The notes beneath the pieces were generated by a model. That model was not told where the DNA came from, made no database searches, and saw only the letters and a list, made by a program, of their open reading frames with translations. The position numbers and the translations under genes were made by a program. Below, one piece after another: positions 46,372-57,524 of a stretch of DNA of 64,000 nucleotides; the stretch's first letter is position 1, and each line of letters opens with the position of its first letter. Source of the stretch: Corallochytrium limacisporum Hawaii (taxonomy: Eukaryota > Protista > Pluriformea); NCBI GenBank assembly GCA_002811645.1, contig PDIP01000003.1:434001-498000 (forward strand). Reading direction: 5' to 3'.

Positions 46372-47119
46372 GGTGAACTATATTCTATTGCCCGCAGACT
46401 TACTCATGCGTACAGCAAACTGACAGCACATGTCTTTTCTGGTATTTTCGCTCGTTGCTGAGTGTACGATCTTGGTCCTGAAAAACCCTTGAAGAAATTA
46501 GAATATACTTTCCAACTCTTCGCGCTTTCATAAACTAAGCCATCAAGCCTATCATATCACACTGGCTATTGAGCACTGAGTGAACAGGTCCGAACGGTCG
46601 GTCTGGTTGGCGGTGCCTCCACAACATTGGGGCCTTACGAGGTGGTGTTCTTCTCATCACTCGCAAGGTTTTGTTTATGCCCCCCCCCCTTCCTGCTGCG
46701 GACGTGCTCCCGGTGAAAAACAAAACGCGACGGGCGGGTGACCGCACTGTAACGGTACTCACGTAAACCTCTCAGCTTGCTTTTCCCACCTGACTGCACC
46801 GTGTCTGAAGCTGTTAGGTATCCGCTTGTGGAGCATGCAGGCAAACCGGGACAATTTGCGATTTGAGTGCACAGACAAACGTTGTTCGGAAGGGGGACGG
46901 CAAACGCGGTACCCAGAGAAAACGGTGTGCGGAGGTGGATCGTCGAGAGCAATTGGGTAGCGAGACTTTATAGAGAGTCCACATACTCATGAAGCTATTT
47001 TGGAGGCACACTCAATTGTTTACTGAGGAGGCAGAACTGGGGGATTATCCTTGTGTAGAAGCTTGACAGTTAGGGCTTAAGCGGTGTTTATACTTCGGGA
47101 TCAACAGCCTAGCGTAAGT

Positions 47120-47968
47120 ATGCTTCGCATTGCTGCCAAGACGGGCCTGCGCACCGGACGTGCTCCGCTGCGCCACAGTGCCACCCGCACTATTTTTACT
47201 TCCATGACCATGCGTGGTGATCAACTTCAAGTTGTAAGTATCTTATTTTCCTGGTAATAGCCACACACTGACATATCGTGACGAGTCGAAACTAACCAAG
47301 TCCCATACATCTTTGCTTTGTCTATTTTTGTAATCTAGCACCGGGATACTGAAGAAAACCAGTATGATGCAGAATTTAAGTTTACTCCAGAGAATTTGGA
47401 ACGGGCCAAGGCCATTATGGGAAACTATCCAGCGGCACACAAGCGGGGAGCAGTCATCCCTATTCTGGATGTCGCTCAGCGCCAGCACGGTTGGTTGCCT
47501 ATCTCGGCCATGAATCATGTCGCAGAGCTGTTGGAGATGCCTCGCATGCGTGTGTATGAAGTTGCTACTTTCTATACCATGTTCAACCGCAACCCCATTG
47601 GCAAATACCATGTGCAGGTCTGCACAACCACCCCTTGCCAGCTTCGTGGATGCGATGCTGTGCTAAAGGCCGTGGAAGAGAAGCTGGGCATTGAGGTCGG
47701 GCAAACTACTGATGATAAGATGTTCACTCTTGGCGAGGTTGAATGCGCAGGCGCATGTGTCACTGCACCTGTGATGAGCGTAAATGATGACTACTATGAG
47801 GACCTAACCCCCGAGACAGCCGTGAAGCTGTTGGAGAACATTAAGGCTGGCAAGCCCGTCAAGAAGGGCAACCAGTCCTCTCGTCATGCCGCAGAACCGA
47901 TCACTGGTTTGACCTCTTTGACCTCGGAGCCTCCAGGTCCTGGTTTCCGCGTCCGTGATGATCTGTAA
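47120..47968 (+). CDS. NDUFV2: Complex I 24-kDa subunit; exons 47120-47233 and 47339-47968
   Basis: Presequence MLRIAAK..LQV, intron GTAAGT..ACTAAC..TAG (47234-47338), then [27 protein letters not shown]. Confidence 0.93.
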
Positions 47969-48335
47969 TTGACATACTCATCCAAGGATAATTCGTAGTA
48001 GCAAACAATGCATGCATCCCTTTCCTTATAAGAAACAATCATATAGAACCTTACACTCAACAAAACACTCACAAATGCGAGAATCATATTATGTAGCAAA
48101 GCACCATCGAAGTCATGACTTGGGAATCATAGCTTCCACAAATTGTTAGGTACACCCTGGTCGACCTTTCCGGTAAGAGAGAGGGAGTGTGAGGCACCAC
48201 CTGGGAGGACGGGTACTTGTGTACTTGTGGTGGAACTTGGATGGGAATTGGGTACTCCCGAGCAACACATTGACATGTACAATAACAGGTGGACCTAATG
48301 ACAGACAACAAGAGTCAAAGAATGAGTCAGTAACC

Positions 48336-49070
48336 ATGGCATCACTGAAATATAGCAACTATGAATACTGGCAAGAGAGATTCGAAACCGAGGCGGAGTT
48401 TGACTGGCTGAAGCCATATTCACACTTCAGACATGTGATCCGGGAGTATTTGAGTCCAGAATCCTTGGTACTTCATGTAGGTTGTGGAAACTCTACATTA
48501 GGCACGGACCTCTTTAACGATGGAATTTGTCGGATCACAAATCTGGACTATTCGATAAATGCTCTTCAACGACAACGCCAACAGTTTCCAGAACAAGAAT
48601 GGTTATGTATGGACATGTTGCACATGAACTTCCACCCAGGAATATTTGATGTTGTCATTGAAAAGGGAACTCTTGATGTCCTCGTTGTAGATCAGGAAGA
48701 CCCCTGGCGACCAGGCGAAGATCAGTTGATCAAGATGCACCAGGCTCTGTCCGGGATCAGCAAAGCCCTGTCGCAGGAGGGCACATTCATATCTATTACA
48801 TGGGCACAGCCACACTTTCGTAGACGCTTCTTGGAGCGCCCTGAGTACGGATGGTCGGTCGAAGTAAAAACGTTCGGGGAATCTTTCCACTACTTCGTGT
48901 TTATTTGCAAGAAAAAGTCTCATCTGTTCACAGCAGGCGTGTCTTTCGAGGACGACATGGCTGCATGGCAAGCCGTGGAGGAGAAGAATATGGACGAGAT
49001 CTCGTCTGCCTCAACTGATCATGAAGATTATCTGCAAGCGCTAATGATAGAATCCGACAAAGAATTATAG
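48336..49070 (+). CDS. EEF1AKMT4: EEF1A lysine methyltransferase 4-like (ECE2 N-terminal type)
   Basis: YWQERF, FDWLKPY, VGCGNS, IEKGTLD, DPW, ITWAQPHFRR, FHYF. Confidence 0.85.
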   Translation: MASLKYSNYEYWQERFETEAEFDWLKPYSHFRHVIREYLSPESLVLHVGCGNSTLGTDLFNDGICRITNLDYSINALQRQRQQFPEQEWLCMDMLHMNFHPGIFDVVIEKGTLDVLVVDQEDPWRPGEDQLIKMHQALSGISKALSQEGTFISITWAQPHFRRRFLERPEYGWSVEVKTFGESFHYFVFICKKKSHLFTAGVSFEDDMAAWQAVEEKNMDEISSASTDHEDYLQALMIESDKEL

Positions 49071-49123
49071 CACGCAATACTGAACAAATAGACTAGCAAC
49101 TGTACATTTAATTCTCTGACAAA

Positions 49124-49657
49124 CTACTCCGTGGTGACCCGCAACCGTTCTAATTTCGCCGCCCGCACGTGATAAAGTCTCCGCTGTTGAACAAATTGTT
49201 TCACAAAGGCATCTACTGACTCTTCACCATCTAAAAACTTGTCCACTGTTTCCAGACTTTCCTCATCGATCTTCTGAATCCCGTCCTCGGTTAGACGCTT
49301 CAACTCATCTGGTGAGAACTTATGCGACAAAGAATTCTGCTCCCGCTGCAGACTTTCATATTCACTTTTCAGTTGAGTAAGTTGCTTGGACAACTCAACC
49401 AATTCCACACGGCGCTGCTCTATTGTCTGCTTGTAGTTCAGATTTTCTTGTGCCATTTGGTAGACATCAGCCCGCAGATTGTCTCGGTATTGTGTGCATT
49501 CCTTTACCTCGGGCAATTCAAGAACATAGTCTTCCACCTGGTCGTCGCTCTCCGCGAATGCCTTTAACTTTGCCAGAGGCATACTCTCCAAGGCAGGTGC
49601 GTCCTTGGGTACTGAAGGAAGCTTCACTTCCGGCATTGTGTAGTTCGTACTGGCCAT
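49124..49657 (-). CDS. VPS37: ESCRT-I subunit VPS37 (Mod(r) domain)
   Basis: Coiled coil plus DEES....KFLDGEESVDAFVKQF...RRLYHVRAAKLE. Confidence 0.85.
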   Translation of the reverse strand: MASTNYTMPEVKLPSVPKDAPALESMPLAKLKAFAESDDQVEDYVLELPEVKECTQYRDNLRADVYQMAQENLNYKQTIEQRRVELVELSKQLTQLKSEYESLQREQNSLSHKFSPDELKRLTEDGIQKIDEESLETVDKFLDGEESVDAFVKQFVQQRRLYHVRAAKLERLRVTTE

Positions 49658-50370
49658 CGTTAGGATTCCTTAACTTTCCATTGCCTAATATTTCTTTATA
49701 TGCTCTCTCAAACTGTGTCATAGTAGATATCTATCCACATCCATAAAATTCACTTGACAGAATCTCATGGCTTTGGTTTGAACTACCTGTTGTGACGGTG
49801 GCATCCAAGTCAAATCCTTCCACAAAGTGACCCGTTCCACTCCAGCAGTACTCATTGTACTCGCTGGTCCTCATTCCCTGTCAAACCGCAGTCAAGGAGA
49901 GTGCGATGATATAAAACCGGCTCCTTCCCCAACCGGCTCCCTAGTACAACTCTGATGCTATCATTTTTTAACTGCAGGACCGCCCTTGCTTCGCGATAAC
50001 AGACGATTGGGAAACTGTCGAGCGGGCCAGAGACCGAAAAGTGCCGTTGGTCCGGGCTCTCCTGGAAATTGATCAATATTTTCTTGAACCGTGTGGCAGG
50101 CCGTGTGCGGTGGGGAAAGGTGCCACCACCGCAAGAGGAAAGGCGGACTGGGATTTGCTGCGCCAGGTCCGCAAGAGCTGCGTATGCCATTGATTGTGAA
50201 ATAGTAGTAAATCTTACATGAGGAAAGCCGTGGTGTTCATTTCCATGCGAGCTTTTGAGACGACGATTTCTTGTAAGTTACTTAAGGGTTCTTCTTTGTT
50301 TGTGAGTCGCAAAGGGATCAATTCATGAATCGTGGAAATAGGTAACCATTGGGTGAGTAGTAGAACAACC

Positions 50371-51111
50371 ATGATCTTGTCACAGTTGACACGGATAGCC
50401 ATACCAGGCGTGCTGCGGAGATTTTGTCAGCCATCGTTTTCCATGGGACATGTTATTGCTCCTGCCCTACCTGTAACACTCGCGCACAGAAGCTATGCTG
50501 CACGACACAATGTCGTCGTTTCCGATCTTCCTGTGGGTAGAGAAGCCAAGCCATTGAAGGACATTTTGTACTCTGAGCGACCGGAGGGATATATTGTTGA
50601 TATTGACAGCCCAAGCATTGATTTTGATAGCCTTCCTGAGGAAGTGAAGCGTGTCTATTCTCTGCACAATGCCAATGCGAAGCAGATCAAACAATGGAAG
50701 GCCACTCAGCTGCGAAAGGCTGTGCAACTTCATGACATGGATGTTGGCTCCGCTCCTGTCCAGATTGCAAAGCTGAGTGTACACATTCACCATCTGGAAA
50801 AACATTTAGAACAAGTCAAAAAGGACCACCATGCACATCGACAGTGGCAGATTCTCTGTTCGAAGCGGCACAAGCACATGAGGTACCTTAAGCGCGTGGA
50901 CTTTGCTCGCTATATGGAATTGATTCGAGACCTAGGGATCTCCAATGCCTACACTTTCAACACTTATGCATATGACCGTAAGGGAAAGCCAGCCATGTCA
51001 GCTAAGTATCTGAGCAAGTTGCAGAAGACCAGGGATCTCCAGAAGGAACTACGTCGCATAGAACGCGCTACTGCTCGCCTGAAGCAACAGACGCGGACTC
51101 GTGGTGTTTAG
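50371..51111 (+). CDS. MRPS15: Mitochondrial ribosomal protein uS15m
   Basis: DVGSAPVQIAKLS..I..LEKH....KKDH, KRHKHMRYLKR.D..RY; accATG at 50371. Confidence 0.88.
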   Translation: MILSQLTRIAIPGVLRRFCQPSFSMGHVIAPALPVTLAHRSYAARHNVVVSDLPVGREAKPLKDILYSERPEGYIVDIDSPSIDFDSLPEEVKRVYSLHNANAKQIKQWKATQLRKAVQLHDMDVGSAPVQIAKLSVHIHHLEKHLEQVKKDHHAHRQWQILCSKRHKHMRYLKRVDFARYMELIRDLGISNAYTFNTYAYDRKGKPAMSAKYLSKLQKTRDLQKELRRIERATARLKQQTRTRGV

Positions 51112-51220
51112 GATCTATATAAAATCACTGTTACATATACAATACAATAACACCCCCCACGACCTCAGTGGTGTCGTCATATGAAGAGCCCGGAGGAACC
51201 AGAGAGACGATGGAGTAGTG

Positions 51221-51620
51221 TTATGCAGGCCTTGGCAAGTTCTGTCCCCGATGGACGAAGATAACGAAGCCATGCATAGGACTGTACTGTACCACAGAGT
51301 TCATGTCTGTGAAGTCAGGTTCCTCGGCCAGCGTCTTTGTTAGACGGTTGTTGAGCCAGACTTGCCACTGGCCATCAGTGCTCAGGCCTCTTTCAGTGCC
51401 ATTTCCAATGGGTTTCAAAACCGAACGCACAGAAACCGGATACCGCTTGCCGAGATCTGCGATGACTGGCACCTATCTGTACAGTGCCCTTTGCAGCAGT
51501 CCCCTTTGCTGACGTATTACCTCTATTGATACAGAACTTCAGTTTGTGTACTTCAAAACGTTTTTCGCTAGCAAACACCATCCAGCATTTGTAGCAACGG
51601 AATACTTCTTCATCTTGCAT
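51221..51620 (-). pseudogene. Truncated CCDC17-like gene (C2HC zinc finger plus start of conserved C-terminal domain)
   Basis: CYKCWMVFAS....HKLKFCI in one frame and YSPMHGFVIF..QNL in the +1 frame. The frames could be joined by a weak intron (51520-51466) or a frameshift. Confidence 0.4.
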
Positions 51621-52163
51621 GACTGGTTTCCGTATAGGCAGTTGGAAGCCCGTTGCTCAAGAAGTATCAGGAGATTCAGGCCATGTTTGGACTCAGGTGC
51701 TAGAAACACTGGTCTCTGGATGGATTGGGCGATGATCTAGAAGTGATCCAACAAATGGATCACTGGCATTCAACAGACTCCCGTACGCTTGTCCATTTAA
51801 GTATCGCTCCTCCTGATATAGGAAGCAACTGTACATGGTGCGACAAAAGTTTCGATCGAATTTGCGGAGCAAAGTTTCACCATCGCAACCATTTGGCGAT
51901 TCTGGTGCAGCCAGTCCGCACCCGGACGATCTGGCTTCCGGACGGCAAACGCGGGTACCACTCTGGCTTACCTGCGTACCCTGCCACCGGAGACCTCGTC
52001 AAGCAAGAAAATGTCCTGTGAATCGCATTCTCATAGTGAAAGAACAGGAGACGTGCCTGTTTCCCAGGTCTGCGTTCAAAGTACACACGGGAAATGCGTG
52101 CGGGTCTGTGTTGTAACAGTTTCTATGGTGAAAAGCGAGTTCGGAGGGGGGCCTGAGCACACA

Positions 52164-52182
52164 TTGGCGCGGAGGATTTGAA
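52164..52182 (+). promoter_or_regulatory. CDE/E2F + CHR composite element
   Basis: TTGGCGCGG-AGGA-TTTGAA about 200 bp upstream of RAD54B; extra TTCAAA at 52075, 52316 and 52323. Confidence 0.55.
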
Positions 52183-52385
52183 TGAGAAGAAGTGGCTGAG
52201 GCCGGAACGAAAGTGAGACCGCCAGTGCTGGATGGAGGGGGATGTAGTGCAGGGGCGAGACCATAGGTCTGAACTCAGGCCAAGATAATTTTAATTAGAG
52301 CTTGAGAAATGCTAGTTCAAATTTCAAATTCCACCATCCGGAAGCGTGTCAACGTCTTCTCTCTTGCATTTCCAAAGTATGAATC

Positions 52386-54953
52386 ATGGAAGGATCGTCC
52401 ACTAGCCAAGTGTGCATCCGCCCGCTGGGCCGCCGGCCTCTGAAGGCGCCCGTGTTGTCTAGAAAAAAATTTGTGCCACCTCTGCTAAAAAACCAGAAAG
52501 CAAGTGATAATGGAACTGATTTGGAACACAAACCAAAGAAGCAATGCATCGGCCGGAGGCGAATGCAAGGGTTCTCACCGGTTGCTGCGGACAAACCATG
52601 TTTAGTGCCAAACCCAGGACCCGCAGGAGGCAGGGCATTGCAAATACACACCAAGAACAATATCATTGCTTCCAACACCGCACAGGACAAATGCAAGGAA
52701 CCTGTAAATGATCATTTCGAGGAACAATTGTACAGCTGTCTGTATGGGAAACAATCCAATCGTAAACACAAAAAATTCTCAGGGGATGCAATCTTACGGT
52801 GCCTGGGGCGGACAGCAACCCTTTTTGATATGAATGGCAAAAAGTTAGGCTCTACTACATCGTATACACAAACAGATCTTCAAACACTCGGAGAAGAGTC
52901 CGAGCTGTACATTGGAAAATGGATGGTGGAAGTTCAGAATCGAATGAATCCCCAGGAGTATCACTCCGGTAAATGCTTCCTATCTGGATCGGGCAGTTGC
53001 TCTGTTCCTGAGCCCCTGCTGTCAAGAAAGGCCACCATCTACCCGGTTAGGGTCAATGGAATTGGGTTGAAGCCAAGGCATGATCCCAACCGAGAAGGAG
53101 CACTAGTTATGCCAAAGCCATCGAATGATACCAAAGCCATTGATGTGGTGATAGATCCTGTACTGGGAGACAAGTTAATGGATCATCAGCGAGACGGCGT
53201 CACAAAATTGTACCATAGTGTCATGGGATATCATGGGTATGGCAGTGGTGTCATTCTCGCAGACGACATGGGCCTTGGCAAGACTTTGCAAACGATTACT
53301 GTCATTTGGACTTTGTTGAAGCAGTCTCCTGTTCCGGGTACTGTATCTGCTATCCGGAGTGCTTTGATTCTATGCCCGAGCTCACTGGTTCGAAATTGGA
53401 ATGCCGAGTTTGGGAAATGGCTCGGCAAAACTCGTATTGAAGCTCTCTGTGTACATCAAGACCAGGACATCCGTAGTTTCTATCTTAGCAGGCGTCACGA
53501 GGTCCTGATATGTGGGTATGAAATGTTCAGAAGGCACGCCGCTAAGATTCAATCTGCACGGTTTGATTTAGTTGTCTGTGATGAGAGTCATCGTTTAAAG
53601 AACAGCAACATCCAGCTGTCCAAGTCCCTGAATGCGATGGCCATCAAGAAGCGAATTCTCATCACAGGCACTCCAATCCAAAACCAAATGGCCGACTTCT
53701 TCGTTCAATGTGATCTAGCCAATCCCGGTGTCCTTGGAGATTATGCTACATTCAAGAGGCTATACGAGGATCCCATATTAATGCTTTCTCTCGAGTCACG
53801 AACTCCTGCAGTTGATGAACTAGGGAGGGTCAGAAAAGAAGCCCTGCAAGAAATCACTGACTCCTTCTTTATCAGGCGCACCGGTGAGGTGCTTCAAAGC
53901 AGATTGAAATCGAAAACAGATGTGCTCATGTTTGTAAAGCTGTCCCAGGCTCAGGAAGATCTCTATCAAGAGCAGCTCAGGGCTTCTGACGTACGGCAGT
54001 GTATTGAGAGCTGTAACAACGCAAGCGCTCTCAGCTGCATTCTTCGCCTCCGAAAGATTTGCGGTGGTACGAGTAAAGCAGGTGTAGACGATTTGGACAG
54101 TGAAAATGAGGAAGCTGAGATCCTGAACCGATTGGAACCGGGGGACATTGGCAAACTCCAGACCCTGCGCCAAATCATCGACTACCATAGAAAGGAGTAC
54201 AATCCGTACAAACTTGTGGTGGTGAGCCACTTTACCTCCTGCCTTGATATCATTGAGGCAATGTGCAAAGAAGAGGGTCATCATACGGTCCGTCTTGACG
54301 GCACTACTACTGTAAAGAAGCGTCAGGATATGGTGGATCGATTCAACAATCCTCTTACTGGTTCCACCGTTTTCTTGCTAAGCTCAAAAGCCGGCGGGGT
54401 GGGGTTAAACCTGGTTGGTGGTAGAACTATTGTACTCTACGACATCGACTGGAACCCTGCCAGCGATTTACAGGCAATGGCACGGGTGCACCGCCAAGGG
54501 CAAGAGAATGAAGTCCATGTCGTTCGATTGATCAGTACTGGAACCATAGAAGAGAAAATTCTCCAGCGCCAGGAGTTCAAGAAGAGTATTGGAGACAAGA
54601 TCCTAACCACTAGAGGGGTTCAGAAAGACAAAACATTCAGCCAGGAAGAGTTGCGAGAGATCTTTCGATACCAGGAACAGACTCTCTGCGATACACATGA
54701 TCTTCTTAGGAAACATGATTGCCTCCTCGACCAGCGCGATACAACATGCAAGGAACCTACGAGTGCGGTTGAGCTGACAAGCTACGCTCATGCAGAATAT
54801 GTCAATACTGGCAAAGATGGTTTTCGGATTGAACCCCATAGAGTGCCCTTGGTCAACCACGTCCTGAGAAATTGTGACGCACATGTTAGCTATGTTATGT
54901 ACTACAAATTTCACGGAAAGTGTGACACGAAGGACAACAATAAGACACTTTGA
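52386..54953 (+). CDS. RAD54B: RAD54B/Rdh54 SNF2-family DNA translocase
   Basis: N-terminal KHKKFSGDAIL domain, ILADDMGLGKT, CDESHRLKN, ITGTPIQN, SSKAGGVGLNL, QAMARVHRQGQ. Confidence 0.92.
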   Translation: MEGSSTSQVCIRPLGRRPLKAPVLSRKKFVPPLLKNQKASDNGTDLEHKPKKQCIGRRRMQGFSPVAADKPCLVPNPGPAGGRALQIHTKNNIIASNTAQDKCKEPVNDHFEEQLYSCLYGKQSNRKHKKFSGDAILRCLGRTATLFDMNGKKLGSTTSYTQTDLQTLGEESELYIGKWMVEVQNRMNPQEYHSGKCFLSGSGSCSVPEPLLSRKATIYPVRVNGIGLKPRHDPNREGALVMPKPSNDTKAIDVVIDPVLGDKLMDHQRDGVTKLYHSVMGYHGYGSGVILADDMGLGKTLQTITVIWTLLKQSPVPGTVSAIRSALILCPSSLVRNWNAEFGKWLGKTRIEALCVHQDQDIRSFYLSRRHEVLICGYEMFRRHAAKIQSARFDLVVCDESHRLKNSNIQLSKSLNAMAIKKRILITGTPIQNQMADFFVQCDLANPGVLGDYATFKRLYEDPILMLSLESRTPAVDELGRVRKEALQEITDSFFIRRTGEVLQSRLKSKTDVLMFVKLSQAQEDLYQEQLRASDVRQCIESCNNASALSCILRLRKICGGTSKAGVDDLDSENEEAEILNRLEPGDIGKLQTLRQIIDYHRKEYNPYKLVVVSHFTSCLDIIEAMCKEEGHHTVRLDGTTTVKKRQDMVDRFNNPLTGSTVFLLSSKAGGVGLNLVGGRTIVLYDIDWNPASDLQAMARVHRQGQENEVHVVRLISTGTIEEKILQRQEFKKSIGDKILTTRGVQKDKTFSQEELREIFRYQEQTLCDTHDLLRKHDCLLDQRDTTCKEPTSAVELTSYAHAEYVNTGKDGFRIEPHRVPLVNHVLRNCDAHVSYVMYYKFHGKCDTKDNNKTL

Positions 54954-55045
54954 ACCCGGAAGGGAACAACTCCTTTTAAAGAAATATACTGTGACATACG
55001 AACTCGACAGACGTCCGGTAAATTCATATATAAACCGAGGAAACT

Positions 55046-56575
55046 TTACACTTCAACAAGACTCTTACCAGTCATCTGAGAAGGCTGCTCCAGACCCATG
55101 AGGGTCAGCACAGTGGGGGCGACATCACACAGTGCATTCTCCTCGCCGATGTTTACGAGTTTGACCTTCTTGTTGACGACATTAAGCGGTACCCGGTTGC
55201 ATGTATGGGCTGTGTGGGGCTCTCCCTTTGCGTCCTTCATCTGCTCAGCATTACCGTGGTCAGCAGTAACGATCAGGGTCCATCCATGCTCTTTACATGC
55301 TTCGTAAATGACTCCGATACCTGCGTCAGTGGCCTCCACACCTTTACGGGCGGGCTCGAACATACCCGTGTGACCCACCATGTCTGGGGGCGCAAAGTTG
55401 CACACGATAAAATCGTACTCACCGCAGGCAATACCCTTCGCCGTCTCTTCCGCCACACCGGCGGCACTCATCTCGGGTTTCAAATCGTAGGTGGCGACCT
55501 TCGGGGAAGGCACAAGCTTACGGGATTCGTTTTCGCACTCCTTTTCGACTCCGCCGTTGAAAAAGAAGGTTACATGAGCGTACTTCTCGGTCTCAGCAAC
55601 ATGGTACTGCTTCACTCCTGACTTCGCCACGACGTCCGCGAGGACATTGCTAATATCCTGTGGAGGGAACATTTGCTTGAAGGGAAATTCCAGCTTGTAC
55701 TGGTTCATGGTGAAAGTGGTAACCTTCGGCACCACAGATGTCTCAAATGGTGGCTTCAAACCGACGGTCTCGACGATCTGGCGCATGCGATCGGCACGGA
55801 AATCGAAGAAAAGGCACACGTCGTTGTCGGCCAGGTTACCCTTGGGTTCCAGAACGATCGGCTTTAGGAACTCATCGTTCTCCCCGGATTCATGACGCTT
55901 CTTAACGGTATCAATCAGAGCATCAAGCTGCACACCCTCACCCTTACCCTGAGTCAGCATCTCATAGGCTATCTGAATACGCTCCCAGCGTTTGTCGCGG
56001 TCCATTGCGTAGTAGCGCCCAGTCACATCAGCAAGAGTAGAGTACCCAATCTCCTTCTGGAAGTCCATAAGCTCTTGCAGGTATTTGGGTGCAGAGGTGG
56101 GCGGCACATCGCGACCATCAGTGAAAGCGTGGACATAGCACTCGGGAATCCCGAGTTCCTTAGCTGCACGGATCAGAGCGAAGAGGTGCTTGATGTGGGA
56201 GTGCACACCGCCGTCGGACACAAGACCGAGTAAGTGGAGACGACCAGTTCCCTTCTTGGCCGTCTCAGCAGCCTCGACGACGGCATCGTTCGTTTTGAAA
56301 GCGTCTTCACGCACAGCTTTGTCAATGCGTACAATGTCCTGGTACACAACGCGACCGGCGCCAATGTTGACGTGCCCGACCTCGGAGTTGCCCATAAGTC
56401 CTGCAGGGAGACCGACAGCCTCTCCGTGGGCAGTGAGAGTAGCATAGGGATACTCCTCGCGCAGTTTGGTCATGACTGGAGTCATAGCTCGGGTGATAGC
56501 GTTGCCGTCATTGTCCTCTGCGAGACCCCATCCGTCGATGCAGATGAGACAGACCTTGTTCTTGATCTCAACCAT
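55046..56575 (-). CDS. gpmI: 2,3-bisphosphoglycerate-independent phosphoglycerate mutase
   Basis: IDGWG, MGNSEVGH, SDGGVHSH, GRYYAMDRD, ETEKYAHVTFF, DMVGHTG, TADHGNAE. Confidence 0.96.
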   Translation of the reverse strand: MVEIKNKVCLICIDGWGLAEDNDGNAITRAMTPVMTKLREEYPYATLTAHGEAVGLPAGLMGNSEVGHVNIGAGRVVYQDIVRIDKAVREDAFKTNDAVVEAAETAKKGTGRLHLLGLVSDGGVHSHIKHLFALIRAAKELGIPECYVHAFTDGRDVPPTSAPKYLQELMDFQKEIGYSTLADVTGRYYAMDRDKRWERIQIAYEMLTQGKGEGVQLDALIDTVKKRHESGENDEFLKPIVLEPKGNLADNDVCLFFDFRADRMRQIVETVGLKPPFETSVVPKVTTFTMNQYKLEFPFKQMFPPQDISNVLADVVAKSGVKQYHVAETEKYAHVTFFFNGGVEKECENESRKLVPSPKVATYDLKPEMSAAGVAEETAKGIACGEYDFIVCNFAPPDMVGHTGMFEPARKGVEATDAGIGVIYEACKEHGWTLIVTADHGNAEQMKDAKGEPHTAHTCNRVPLNVVNKKVKLVNIGEENALCDVAPTVLTLMGLEQPSQMTGKSLVEV

Positions 56576-57524
56576 AGTTGCAATTATATTTTCTATTCAC
56601 AGATAACTATGCAACTCCACTAGAGCCGTATCAACGACATCATGTTCATCCAAACTCTCTTCTACCAAGCCACCACGAGGAACAATAGACTATGGTATAG
56701 ACAGTCATTCCCCGCCGGTATGATGTCACTACAGTTCGTAGACACGACACGGACCCCGTGTCCCATCCCACCATCAATCTACCACACGGTGGAACGAGAG
56801 ACCAGTCACAAGGAAGATCTGACTGGGCACAGATAGGTCCCTCCGGGAAAGTCGCGTGTCCAATTTCCCAATACAAATACTGGATGAATGCTCGATGGGA
56901 GATATAAACACAGAGCATTGCCTACGTCGCATTGTTGCTCCCTTATCTCTGATTGGGTTGTCACCGCTGTCAGTCACGCTGTTCCCTTGCGGACCCCCAC
57001 TCCCCCTCATCAGCTTAATACTAGTGTAATTCGGGTTTTGTTTGGCCATTTATATCAATAAAATTGATTAAACAAGTATCACGCATGTGACGGTGTTTCT
57101 GACTATAGAGGAGAGCTCCGGTGGGGCTGGGGGAGGAGAGCGTGCTCCTCTGGCTGCTGAATATCCTCATTCATCCCTTCCCGTAGTCCCTATGTCCAAA
57201 TAATACGGTCTGTAAAAAGGGGCTGGCCCTGGAGGAACGCAGTAAGTGAGTGCCGGGGCCAGTGATAAATATGCGGCGTTGGCGTGGCGGGCACGGCTTT
57301 GGTTTAATGCGCGCCGCGGACGTGCGGCTGTTTGTTAATGTGGTGTATTTGAAGGTTCCACTGTACCATGGATATTTCTTATAGAAACAAGATATGTTTC
57401 ATTGAGCTACACGGACGAGTTCGCAGAAAGTACACAACAGGCGGGTGGGCACATAGGTGATATCACTAAAAAAGAGATCTCTGATTTGTTGCAACCTTAT
57501 AGTGGACAGACAAACTCAAACAAC

